64,000 bases of DNA from assembly GCF_009914755.1 (NCBI RefSeq), contig NC_060933.1. The stretch is one strand, 5' to 3'. Shown here piece by piece: positions 1-12,647 of the stretch (its first letter is position 1; every line of letters starts with the position of its first letter). Under the pieces are notes generated by a model that was not told the DNA's origin, did no database searches, and was given only the letters and a program-made list of their open reading frames with translations. Origin of the DNA: the human T2T-CHM13v2.0 reference genome, Homo sapiens. Made by a program: the position numbers and the translations under genes.

Positions 1-2079
1 ATTTTTACCTGAGTTAAATAAATTTTATTGTCCAATATGGTAAGCAAGAATAAATGGGGCAAAGGTTGGAAAAGCAACAATTTATAGAATAGATATCAGG
101 AAAGGAGAGCATGAAATAGCAAAAAGAAACAAAAGGGCTTTAGAAGTCAAATTGAAATCATAAGAGAAATAAAAATAAAAGGAATTTGTAGAGTTTCTGA
201 TACAGTGGCACCTCCTGGGTTATATCAAAGTTATTAGAGATTCAAATCAAGTAGTAGAAAACAAGCTTAATGACAGAAAAGAAACTTCAAATTACCTTTT
301 GAAAATTTCCATGTGTTCATGTCCATTTACAATATTCACTATTTAAGTCTGCTGAGATGTTATTTTTGTTTTTAGAGAAAAGCAAAACAAGTGGTTTCAT
401 AATATCTTGCAGTAATATGTCATTGCTTCTTCCAGCTGTGGTTGCACAAGCTGTGAGCTTATTCTAGCCCTACTCTCACTTTAATCAGAATGGATTTAAT
501 AGAACCTTCCCAAGGTTTTGGAACTACACATCTAGATTCTCTTGCTTTGAACCTCCTCCTCTCAGGTCTATAACTGGACTTCTGAAATGTTCCTGAGATA
601 TCAACTTCACTTTGTGCCCCAGTTTGGATAACTGGGTCTCTGTCTTCTCTCCTCTGCTTTTAGTTCTTATTTTTATCATCTAAGCAATTCTTTAATGCTG
701 TGAGGACTGCACCTCTGCTGTTTTCATGAAAGTCACCTAACCAGGGGAGGGACGCGGCCTCTGGATCACAGCCAAATACTCAAGCACTGGTACTTGCTGA
801 CAGCCTAAACTGTGCCTATGCTTATATTACCATTGCCATGTCCACTGGTATGTTTTATCTACTCATTGAATTATTTTTGCTGGAATGAATTTTTTATTAT
901 ACCATTAGCTTACATGAAAGAACATTATAAAAATTAGCCAGCTCTTGAAATTCATTTATGTACGGCTACTACTGAGACTATTTCTCATCACCTTGTATAA
1001 GGAGTTCTTTATGAGGATCCATAGGAAGACTTCCTCTTTGAACCTACACACAGGAATCGTTATATCTGAAACTCATTATTTTGTATTTATTGTCATGCTT
1101 GTTTTTATTTTTTGAACATTCAAATTATATAACTGACTGTTTTCCACTTTTCGATAGTTGTTAGAAAAATTCAGCCTCCACCTTTATCAACTAGGCAGCA
1201 CCTCACAGCCAATGTTTGTTTGCAGTAATTTCATCCCTGTCTTTCCCTACAAAATTCATCTCCCCAAAGTTTAGAAAGGCTCACCTAATTATTTTTAGTT
1301 TGCTCTTATCTTAGTGAGTTGAGTGTATTTTTGTAAGCTGTTTATAGTTTTGGAGAGGATAAAGATGGGGTAAAATAAATACATTCTACAGAAACATCAC
1401 TTCCTGTTCCAGCCTGCAATCATGTAATGCCAGTTACGTCAGGGCAGAGGTTCCCCACCCATGAGATTCTGATTCTTCCACACCGTCCTCACCGTCTACA
1501 GTGACTGCCAGTTTTCAGGCTCTACACACAGGTCTGTGTTCCCAGTGTCTGTCTTAGGATATGGGGGAGACTAGTTCTGGGGTCTAAGTCTTCAGTCTGT
1601 CTGTGTTCCTGAAGATGACTTGTAAAAAGCGAGGTAGGATAGTAGAATCTTTCATCCCTTGACCTTCAGCTATCATTGGCTTCAAAAATATCTTTCTCAC
1701 CTTTAGCAATCTCATTTTTAAAGTTCTTTCCAAAATGAAATTTTACTACCTCCTTCAATAATTCATTTCAAGTATAAAGTATCCAAGATTTAGGAAATTC
1801 TATTTGTCTCTAACCAAAGTCGATGTATTGCTTTACATTATCATTACTGTTAAGACTGAAAGGTGGAAGAGAAAATCTATTCATTCTCTCCTCATTATCT
1901 TGAAGATGACTATTAACCATAACCCCAGAACTAAACATCTTAAAAATATTCAACTCAAGGATTCTTTAAGTTTTACGTATGTCAGTAAACATTCACCAGG
2001 CAGTGTATATGAAGGAGGTGTATACAGGGTTAGATAGTACTACTATTACTGGCTGTCAGTTACCTTGAATACACTTTTG

Positions 2080-2240
2080 CATACGAATTTATACATTCTT
2101 CAAAAAATAATTATGAGATAAAGGCTATAATTATGCCTCTAGCATAGATGTGGAAACTGAGGCACAGAGATTTAGAAAATTTCCTGTGGTCACAAGCTTT
2201 TTCAGGTGATGGAACCAGAATCCAAACTTGGGACACCTGA
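2080..2240 (-). mobile_element. MIR SINE fragment
   Basis: Reverse MIR core 'atagatgtggaaactgaggcacagaga...gtcacaagct'. Confidence 0.85.
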
Positions 2241-2789
2241 CAACATAGCTGTGTAAGCTCTGCTGCTTGTAAGCGCCAAGGCCTATGCCAGTGACGAAAT
2301 GTCCCCTATTTTTGCAGAAGTCTTTTTTAATGGGTATTTATTATTTTCTAAGAAATCAAAATTTCACTCAACCGTATCTAATATAACACTTTACATTTTA
2401 TATGAAATTTGTGTATTTTGATTTAATAAGTGCTATTATAATCACACAATTTTCTATTGTTTTCAGGGCAAAGGAACAGTTTCAGACCCGTGCAAGCTTG
2501 TCTAGACTCAGCTCTTCATAATTATGATTTCGTTTCTATGGACAGAGGGAAAAAGAAAAACAATTTCTACTTTCTATATATCTGAACTTGAGGACTACCA
2601 GTAAATACAGAATATTCATAATTCATACAATAAAACCTAACTCCATTTTGCATACAACTGTTCACAACTATTATTTACAACTATCAGCTATCATTATACC
2701 AATTATGCCGATATGGTGATATTATATTAACTATCATATTACAACTGTCACTTTCAGCAGTCATTTCTCCAGTACTTCAAAATCACAGA

Positions 2790-2980
2790 GCTAAGCCTTT
2801 GTAATATATTTTCTCATTTATTGCATCCGAGAACACTATGACCTAGATAAAATTATCAGCCCTATTTTACAGTTGAGAAAATTAAGGATCATAAAAGTTA
2901 AGTAACTGGCCTGGGTTTAGTGCTGAGGCAGAATTGGAATGTCTTTCTGCTATGTATGTCTGACAGCAAAAAGCATGGTT
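2790..2980 (-). mobile_element. MIR SINE fragment
   Basis: 'ccctattttacagttgagaaaattaagg...gttaagtaactggcc' resembles reverse MIR core. Confidence 0.8.
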
Positions 2981-3165
2981 TTATTATAGTGACCCGATAA
3001 CAGATCCTGGGCCCAAGGGTAATTATTTTTGAACATACTATACTTGTCACGCTCTCACTGTATGATTGCCACTTTGCATCAAAATTTATTAAAATATTTT
3101 TTCAATCTCTTGCTGAACCAATTTTGCAAAACCAAATAAAAAGAAAGATAATGAAGCATGTGTGT

Positions 3166-3184
3166 TGGCCACCAGGGGGTGCAA
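3166..3184 (+). promoter_or_regulatory. CTCF binding motif
   Basis: TGGCCACCAGGGGGTGCAA; 17/19 to consensus TGGCCACCAGGGGGCGCTA; in non-repeat DNA. Confidence 0.7.
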
Positions 3185-5419
3185 GGTCCAGCATCCTAAA
3201 TCATGTCCTCAACTTTGCAGGCCTTTTCTTGTGGTATATGAAAAAGGGAACTCTCTTAAGAAAGGCATAGAGTAAATCTAAGGGGTTTTGTAAATCAAAG
3301 GTCAACATTCGTTTGAACTACACCTGGTGGTAAATTAATATCTTTGAATTATGAAACTTGATCGAGGATGGGCCGACTGTGATAAAAAGAAATCAAATAA
3401 ATGGAACTTCTACTATTTCTACACTATTTTCAGCATAATAAAAATTTGAAAGTGTCTGGCAGAACATTTAGCCACAAGAGTTTTTAAGGTATTGATTTCT
3501 GGGAGACAATTTCTCTTGATAGACGGCCTACATTTTAACAATGACCACTTCTAAGGGTGGTCTTGCCTGTCTTCACGTCAACCCACATAAATTGGACAGA
3601 GTGGGGTATATATGCCCAGCAAGGCAGGCTGGGGGCTCAGCTGTATATCTTTGTTTCTGGAAGTACTATTTCTATATCTAAAATGTATCTGAAGGCATGT
3701 TTCCTTGGAGGTATAATGCAACTATTGCCTCATACCTGGGTCAGTTTTGTTTGAATATTTCTGTTGTCATGCCGATTGTCAGCATGGTCCATAATTATGA
3801 AGAGTCCCTGATTGTAAAATAAAATAATAAAGAGAAAAATCAGTAGGAGAGTGCCTGGGGTGAATTTATAATGCATTTAAAGTGTGAAGCTGTCCATTTA
3901 ACCCTTAACAATATTCATTTTCTTCACAATGTGCAAACCTTGTCAGTAGTTTGAAAAGCTATGAATTTAAATAACCTTAAGCAGCCTCAGAAATGAATAA
4001 TTTGATAGGTATATCTGGCAGATGGTTGAAATGTCGAAGCTTTTTTTTCTTTTTCCCTGAGAACATGCTGCAGGGTTTCTGCCAAACTTAGGTTGTAAGG
4101 AAGGCAAAAATCAAACAATAAATGCTCCATATTTGCAAACTATCAACACTAAGATAGCATTTAAGAACAGTTGCCAGTCCCTCCTCCCTTGATTCTTTGG
4201 TGGAATGACCTGAAAAGCAATACCTTTTTATTTAAGATGAAATTTTTTAGTTTGTCAAAATAAATATTAACCTCGACTAAGTTTAAAGTCAATGGCCTAC
4301 TAGTGGCTCTCCAGCTTGTCTTTGTGGTTTCATAAATCTTAATGCTTATTTCAATATTAATGTGAGTACTGACAACTGGACTAGCAAACTTTGATTGACA
4401 TCTCATTGGAGGGACTCTAGTGAGAAAGAGAACACATTTTTTTTTTCCTCTGGCTGTTGTTGATATAGGTAGACACACACCTTATCTTGTACAAATAGGT
4501 GGAAAAAAAACCCAGCTGAAAATAATATTGTAGACACAAGTCAACACACACCTTTAACAGGATCTATTTGTTACAAACCAGTGTCTTTACCAGAAGTACA
4601 GTCAGGATGTAGAGTAAATGTTCCAATAACATCTGTTGCTGTAAAAGAGGATCCTGATATAAGGATGCCTAAAAATGATCTAATTCATATTCAGAAAAAA
4701 GGAACACATACCCAAGGCTTCAAAGACCATCTAAACAAAAATAGCAACATGGTAGCATTCTTTGGAAAGTGTCAAGGTGGGAGAAGACATTTTTAAGTAA
4801 GAATCAAGAATATGCTAAATATAATAATATAAAAGGCCACTAATTATTTACCTGAAGTTATGTTGGCCTTCAGAGGGTATGTTAAGTCAGAAATGATTGA
4901 GGAAATTTTAGAAAACAAAATTCCAACTAATTATTATTAGAATGTTTACCATTCTTAAATACTTCAGAAAGTTAAGATAATAATAAGAACAATAAGAGTT
5001 AAATACATATAATATTTTAAATGTCAAAACAACTTATATATATATATTTTATTCAAGCTTCACATCTTAATGACATAGGTGAGCAAAGGAAGCAAGTCAT
5101 GCAACTAATGATCAGAATTAGATTACAGATTTTAGAATTCTTAATCCAATGTCTTTTACTATGCAAATTTAACATGTTTATAAAAAATCATTGTAAAGGA
5201 CTTTCAGATTTATAATTGAAAATGAACACAACAATTACCTCTTCCAATTACGTTAAAATTTTATATAGGAGAATAAATAAATAAGAAGTTGGTTTTCAAA
5301 TATTTATATTTATTGGTATTATTATGCTAATTATCAGTATGTCTTTGGTTTGAGTTTGATGTTTCAAAACATTTATTTATATTGGAATTCAAAATGTTCT
5401 ATAATTTGCATTGACTGAG

Positions 5420-5700
5420 TAGGACAGTCATTGTTTCTGTCCTGGTGAAGCTTCTATTCTTCTATTGGGGGAGAAAAACCTTCAAGAACTATTAATCAAT
5501 TATTCAATTATTGCTGAGTTAAATATTTTGAAATAGAGGGTAAATAGGGTTTCCTGAAGTTATTAAAGGAAGGAGTCAGCAACTCATCTTTAGAAAGATA
5601 AAATCAAGATGAGATCTGAAGAATTAATTAGTTTTGTAAAAAAGCAAAGTGGGCAATAGATTTTGGCAAAGGAAACAGCATATACAAAGTCATAGGGATT
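5420..5700 (-). mobile_element. L2 LINE fragment (left part; resumes about 6660-6840)
   Basis: 'gatgagatctgaaga...ggcaaaggaaacagcatatacaaagtc' typical of antisense L2. Confidence 0.6.
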
Positions 5701-5704
5701 TTTT

Positions 5705-6650
5705 TCCAGGGGCTTATAAACTTTATTTTTTATAGCAATTTTAGGTTCACAGAGAAGTTGAATGGAAAATACAGAGAGTGCACATATACCCCTGTTCACC
5801 TACTCATGTAAATCTACTCCACTATTGACATCCTGTATCAGAGTGGTACGTTTGTTACAACTGGATGAACCTACACTGACATTATTATCACCCAAAGTCC
5901 ATATGTACATTAGGATTCACATTGGTTGTTGTAGTACATTCAAGGGTTTGGACAAATGTATAATGACATGGATCCACCAGGACGGTATCATAGAGTGTAG
6001 TTCCACTGTTTAAAAAACCCTCTGTGCTTTCCCTATTCATTCCTGCCCTCCCCCAAGACCTGGCAACCACTGATCTTTTACTGACTCTGTAGTCTTGCCT
6101 TTTCCAGAAGGTCATATAGTTGGATCATACAATATGAAGTCTTTTCAGATTGGCCTCTTATACTTAGTAATATGCATTTAAGTTTTCTCCGTGTCTTTCC
6201 ATGGCTTGATAGCTTATTTCTTTTTATCACGAATAATATTCTTTTATTTGGATGTACCAGTTTATCCGTTCACCTTCTGAAGGACATCTTGGTTGCTTCC
6301 AAGTTTTGGCAGTTATGAATAAAGCTGCTATACAATCCATGTGCAGGTTTTTATATAAATGCAATCTTCAATTCATATGGGTAAATACCAAAAAGCATAA
6401 TTGTTGGATCATTTGCCAAACCGTCCTCTGGAATTGCTGTACCATTTTTCATTCCCACAATAAAAATGAATGAGAGTTTCTGTTGTTCCATATCCTTGCC
6501 AGTATTTGTTATTGTCATTGTTTTGGATTTTGGCCATTTTAATAGGTGTGTAGTGGTGTCTTGTTTTAGTTTGCAATTTCCTAATGACTTAAAATGTTGA
6601 ACATCTTTTCTATGCTTACTTGTCATCTATATCTTCTTTGGTGAGTCGTC
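5705..6650 (-). mobile_element. L1MC1-like LINE 3' end
   Basis: 'ttttaggttcacagagaagttg...gatgaacctacactgac...tttggacaaatgtataatgac'; ORF 6351-6626 resembles ORF2p C-terminus. Confidence 0.85.
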
Positions 6651-7487
6651 TTTACAAGTCATGAGGATATTTTGAGGAGACAAAGCATGTTTGAGGAACT
6701 TCAGGGAAGTGAGCTATAGTCAATATAATAAAGGGGGGGAATCAAGAGGTCAGCCTTGTGCAGTGGCAGAGACCACATTATGCAGATCCATGTAAGGACA
6801 GGTTAAGGATTTTATTGCTTGTAGTAAGAGAATTGTATTACTCAATGGACTAACATGTTTCAAATTACATAGCTTGGTCCAAATTCACTAGCTTCATCTT
6901 CCATTCCTTTGTGTATTGAAACTTCGTTCTAGCTAAACTGATCTACTCACTAACTCTTAAATATATAATTTAGTTTCCCATCATATTTCAATTTCCTCTA
7001 TCATTTTCCTTCCCTAAAATTATCCATATTTCTTGACCAATAAACGTTTTTTGGAAATAGAGCCATCCCTACTAGTCTGAATGTTTGTAAGTACTTAACA
7101 CATCTATATTTCACATACTATGGTTATACCACTGTGAATAACTATAATAGCATAGCACATCCATGCTGAACTTTACCCTGGACAACGAGTCTTTGTAATC
7201 AAAATTTTTTCTAGTTCTCATCCAGAAAGATACTGACAGACTCAGAAGAAGAGAAAGACCAGGTAGTGAATCGGGATGAATGCCTGAGTATGTGGGCCTA
7301 TCCATACATCTAAAATTCTTTACGCTAAGAACAGACGTTTAAAATTAATAAATACTTAGTGCGGAAGAACAGAATACTATCTGTGTGACGGAATGTTGGA
7401 AATTCCTAAAAGATCAGAAGATATGTATCAGATGTATAGAAGTGACTATATCCAAAATCATACATAGAAGAGTAGTTCTGCAGAGGT

Positions 7488-7498
7488 GGGAACTTTCC
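7488..7498 (+). promoter_or_regulatory. NF-kB-like motif
   Basis: GGGAACTTTCC; motif match only. Confidence 0.25.
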
Positions 7499-8895
7499 GT
7501 GATACAGTAACCTCGGAAGTAATGAACAAATGGTATAATAAAAGTCCTGGGAAATGTTCAGGGTGATAATTTGAGAAATAGCACTTGGAGAAGCCTAGAA
7601 ATTTGGCCTCTGAAGGAGTTGGTAGCATAAGTATTTGCTTATAAGTATGAGTAACTGTACCTTGGAAGCAGAGCAGTGCCGCAAAAGATAGTTTATTTCT
7701 TACAGAGGTTTTGTGAAAGAATTACTAATGGATATACTTAAGCAAAATAAGAACCAATTTCATGTAAACTCCTCAGGGACAGCTACATCACATTAATAAG
7801 TGCCCACTCATCAATTACAAGTTACTCAATAAACTAATTCAATCATGAGTTTCTGATGCTCAGCCTGTATATGGCATTTATCTTGGATCCAGTATATTCC
7901 TATAAGGTCTTTGATTTTTGCATTGTGAGAAAGATTCTACCAAGGGTCAAATATCATGTATTTCTGATAATAAAGGTCACAGACCACCTTTTAAATTTTT
8001 GGCACATCTTAACTAGCAGCACCTACCTACTTTACATATACAGAACATTACACTCAACTGCAGAATACATATCATTTTCAAGCACACATGAAACATGCAA
8101 ATATTTACAATATGCTAACAAAATGTCCAGTGAATCGAAGTTATACAGAATATGTTCTCTGACCAAAATGCGCTGTTAAATCAATGTAAATAGATAACCA
8201 TAAAATGTCCATATGTCAGAAACCGGCAACTACATATCTGAATAATCTAGGGTCAGATTAGTAATTAAAATGAAAATGAGAAAATATTTTAACTAAATGA
8301 TAAGCAAAGTGTATATAAATCTATATTTAGATGGAAATTATAGCCTTAAATCCATATATTAAATGGCAGAAAAATAAAGCTAAGCAAATGCTTAACTCAA
8401 GAAATTAGAAATATAAAGAAAATTAAATACAAAGAAATCAGAAATAAGGAAATAATATAGATAAAAACACAAATAAAAGAAAATAAGCATATAATGAAAG
8501 AATAAACAAGTACAAATGTTGGGTACTTGAAAAGCTTAGTAAAGTAGGTATCTGCCTAGGAATACTGATTAACAAAAATAAAGAGAAGACGCAAATAACT
8601 GATATTGAAAATTTAAGAAGGGCATTAGTAAAAATACTATGGCTATGAAAATGAATATAATACTACAAAAAACTTAATAATAACTTTTAAAATGTAGATT
8701 TTTTAGGACTTATTTCTAGAAAAAACATGACCAAAACTAACATTAAGATATAGTAAATCTAGATGATCTTACAAATATTGAAGAAATTATGTTTCTTTAA
8801 TTCTATGAATTTCAATTATTCTTTAATTTAACATACTTATACTAAAAAGTTTGAGGATCAGATGGTTTCTGTAGGAAATTCTATCAGCTTTTAAA

Positions 8896-9842
8896 TTCTC
8901 AGTTTGATAATCCCAATGTCTGACATATCTGAGTGCAATTTTGATGTTGCTTTGTCTCTTTTAACCATTTAGCATGCATTGTTAATTTTTTAGGAAATCT
9001 GGACATGAATGTATTGAGTAAAAAGGACTGAGGTAGATAGGCTTTTGGTGTGAAATTTAACATTTATGTCACCAGCAATATGTGTTTACTGTTTGCTGTG
9101 TCTTGTTTTTATCTTCTCTGTTGTCTATGGGCTTTTCTAGAACCTCCTTAAATAGGGTTTGTTTAAGGTTTGCAGTTCTTTTGGCTGTAATGGTTGCTAC
9201 TATATAAGAATCCTATTTGATAGGGGTGGAGGGAGGGGAAGTGTCGTGTGATTAGGTCTCAGTCTTTCTGCAAGCCTGTGTTGGATATCCATTTCCCTTC
9301 GCCGAAGTTGGTTAGACTCTGGTAAAACCCCAGTCTCTCAGGCTCTGGTAAGATAGTTCCCTTGAGGACGGGTCTTGTTGAGGAGAATAGAGACCTCTGG
9401 ATATATTTCGAAATAGTTAATTTTCCCTCCCCACTACCGGAAGCAAAGGGGATGATTCTCCAATCTTCACCCAGATAACCAGGTAAAGCTCCTGGAGGTA
9501 ATAGTCATGAAAGTGTGAGGGTTCCCGCTAAGATTGAGTCCCCTAGAACTCTCAAGCTAGTTCATAGTGAGACACCAGCAATTTGTCAATTGCAGTTTAA
9601 AGAGTTCCTACCACATTGGCTTTAGCTGCAGGGTTCCGCTGCTGGGCTCCTGCTCACAAAAAGCTCTAAGTCTCTGTGTCTGCCTGTCTGTCTCTATAGT
9701 TTATAGAGCAGAAGTTTTCTGTGTAACCTCAATTCTCAGATGTATCTAAGAAGAGTGGTTGATTTTCAGTTTGTTCAGCCTTTTTCTTGTGAGGATAGGA
9801 GTAAAGACTTCCAAGCTCTTTACATGGGCCCCAAACTAGAAG
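8896..9842 (-). mobile_element. L1MD/L1MC-type 5' end (5'UTR to start of ORF1) with TSD
   Basis: Minus strand begins 'gacttctagtttggggcccatgtaaagagcttggaagtc...ctgaacaaactgaaaatcaacc'; TSD tctat(c/t)agctttt(a/c)aa at 8880-8895 and 9843-9858. Confidence 0.75.
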
Positions 9843-9922
9843 TCTATTAGCTTTTCAAGATATAAATATTAATAATATTACATAAACACTTTTAGCAAAT
9901 AAAGCTGTAAACCACTCAATAA

Positions 9923-10201
9923 TTTTTTTTTTAACTCCGTCGCCCAGGCTGGGATGCAGTGGTGTGATCTCTGCTCACTGCAACCTCTGACTCCTGGGTT
10001 CGAGTGATTCCCCTCCCTCAGCCACCCAAGTAGCTGGGAATACAGGCGCATGCCACCACACCTGGCCAATATTTTGTATTTTTAGTAGAGACGGGGTTTC
10101 ACCGTGTTGGCCAGGATGGTCTTGATCTCCTGACCTTGTGATTCACCCACCTCGGCCTCCCAAAGTGCTGGGATTATAGGCATGAGCCACTGCTCCCAGC
10201 C
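9923..10201 (-). mobile_element. Alu (AluSc-like)
   Basis: Dimeric Alu; 'gccaggatggtcttgatctcctgaccttgtga'; TSD aaccact(c/t)aataattt at 9910-9925 and 10202-10217. Confidence 0.95.
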
Positions 10202-10942
10202 AACCACTTAATAATTTTATGAGGCCAGCAAAATACTTAAACCTGACAAACAAGCTGAAAAGATATTCCAGACCAAAACCACAATTTATATAGACATACC
10301 CACTAAAATATAATAGCAGAAAAAATTTCAGAAATATCCAAATGTTGATAATAGCACAAATAAGCTGGATTCGATACCAAAATCCTAAGATAATTTAATA
10401 TTTAAAAATCAATTTGATTCAACATATTTACTGAATAGTGTGAAAAATATCACATGAGCATTGCAGTAGATACAGAAAAGCATTGATAAAATTCAGTAAA
10501 TTTTCATTAAGAAATTTGCATGCAAAGTTAAAAATAGAAAAGAATTCCCTTATCATGGGTTAAAAAATATATTTAAAAATCTATATTATAAAATCCATAT
10601 ATAAAATACACCAAAATATCTATAACATATATTATATCTAATTGGAAAATATTGAATGCCTTCTCTTTTAAATAAAAAACAAAACAAGGTACCCAGGAAC
10701 AACATTCTTTTCAAGTCTCAACTTGATGATGTAGTAAAACAAAAACAAGCAAGCAAGCAAACTAATATGTAATATAAGGATTAGAGAGGGGGGAAATGAA
10801 ACTCTCATTGTTTATAATGATATAAGTGGGTTTACAAAATCCAAAAGAATCCACAAATACATTATTAAAATAAGTTAGTGAGCTGAAAAAGTTTACTCAA
10901 CACAATTTACTTTGATACCACTAACAAAATGTTAGAAAATAA

Positions 10943-11547
10943 CCATTGTGTAAGTCAGTGTGGCGATTCCTCAGGGATCTAGAACTAGAGATACCATTTG
11001 ACCCAGCCATCCCATTACTGGGTATATACCCAAAGGACTATAAATCATGCTGCTATAAAGACACATGCACACGTATGTTTATTGCGGCACTATTCACAAT
11101 AGCAAAGACTTGGAACCAACCCATGTGTCCAACAATGATAGACTGGATTAAGAAAATGTGGCACATAATACACCATGGAATACTATGCAGCCATAAAAAA
11201 TGATGAGTTCATGTCCTTTGTAGGGACATGGATGAAACTGGAAACCATCATTCTCAGCAAACTATCGCAAGAACAAAAAACCAAACACCGCATATTCTCA
11301 GTCATAGGTGGGAATTGAACAATGAGAACACATGGACACAGGAAGGGGAACATCACACTCTGGGGACTGTTGCGGGGTGGGGGGAGGGGGAAGGGATAGC
11401 AGTAGGAGATATACCTAATGTAAATGACGAGTTAATGGGTGCAGCACACCAGCATGGCACATGTATACATATGTAACTAACCTGCACATTGTGCACATGT
11501 ACCCTAAAACTTAAAGTATAATAATAATAAAATAAAAGAAAAGAAAA
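10943..11547 (+). mobile_element. 5'-truncated L1PA3/PA4-like LINE-1 (ORF2 C-terminus, 3'UTR, A tail)
   Basis: Translation VWRFLRDLELEIPFDPAIPLLGIYPKDYKSCCYKDTCTRMFIAALFTIAKTW; G-rich 3'UTR tract; TSD AGAAAATAA at 10934-10942 and 11548-11556 after TT. Confidence 0.97.
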
Positions 11548-12647
11548 AGAAAATAAAATGTTATAACAGATACCTTTTACCATAGCATCAAAAAATATTA
11601 AATATCCAAGACTGAATCTAACAAAAAGAATGGAAGATATATATGTATGAAACTATAAAGCCTTTGATCATAAAATGAACCAATTAAATGAAGTTATATA
11701 TCACATTCATAGATGAAAGCCTTAATATTATGAACAGCATTCTTCTTAAACTAATCCATAGACTCTAATCCTTATTTTCTTATTTCTATCCTTATTTTCT
11801 TAAATCTACATATGTTTGGTGAAACTTTCCAACATACTTCTAGAATTCAACTATCCCAGAAGGGAGTCTGTGGAGAAGTTTGCTTGGAAGGCCTGCCATC
11901 TATTCCTTTTTCTAGAATCGTATTTGTTCACTTTCCAAGATGGGGCACTTAATTATGTGCAGAGTTCCTTTAGGTTTCAAATGTCTCATGTCATCCAGGA
12001 TAAACTACATGCTTGGGATGTGACAGGAAAATTATTCACTGGGTGCTGATATTCTGCATTTCTCTTGGCTCTCCCAAGCAGTCATTTTCAAACTACGTCT
12101 AATAGTGAAGGGATGTCCATTCTCTACATCTGCCTCGCTCTAAATTGAAAGACATTGGTCAATTATTTCCTGGATTTGGTAGACTTACTTTTTCCCATTT
12201 GACTACGCTTTGAAGCATGCATCAGATCCTCACCAAACTATACAAAAATTTCTATGAATTATTAGATACTACTTTCTCTATGTTTCAAACAAAACTTTTC
12301 AAAGATTTTGGGATAAAGTTGTAGTCTACCTTTTTTGCTTAATAACTGTTGATATTTTTTGCTAGTTCTAATTCAGTTTAGACCACTATGTTGGAAGGGG
12401 TAGAATTTCAGATCTGCTCTTTTGGTGTAGTTTGCATCTACAAGTGTAAATACTGATATTTTAACATGATTTTTAGTTAGTTTATTGTGATAATTATCTT
12501 ACAAAAGTAGACCTAATAAATGCCAATTGTATAACCAGGCCACATTAAACACTGCAGAAAATTCAAAATGATAAACAAGAACATGCTTTTAGCTTGAAGA
12601 AAATTTGAATCATTAGTTTAACTAATTAAATATTTCTTTCTTCAACA

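Larger units (their letters stand above)
7990..11850 (+). mobile_element. Highly decayed L1M ORF2 remnant, interrupted by three younger insertions
   Basis: ORF2-like segments 'actgcagaatacatatcattttcaagcacacatgaaaca', 'gtagatacagaaaagcattgataaaattcag', 'taccatagcatcaaaaaata' in colinear order. Confidence 0.75.

Noticed and set aside
201-220. Second CTCF-like motif (minus strand CCAGGAGGTGCCAC)
   Set aside because: Two mismatches in high-information core positions.
7211-7268. Possible 37-nt exon (ccag|AAAGAT...CCAG|gtagtg)
   Set aside because: Weak donor, not frame-symmetric, no supporting context.
11374-11396. G-quadruplex-forming tract
   Set aside because: Standard feature of L1PA 3'UTRs; not locus-specific.
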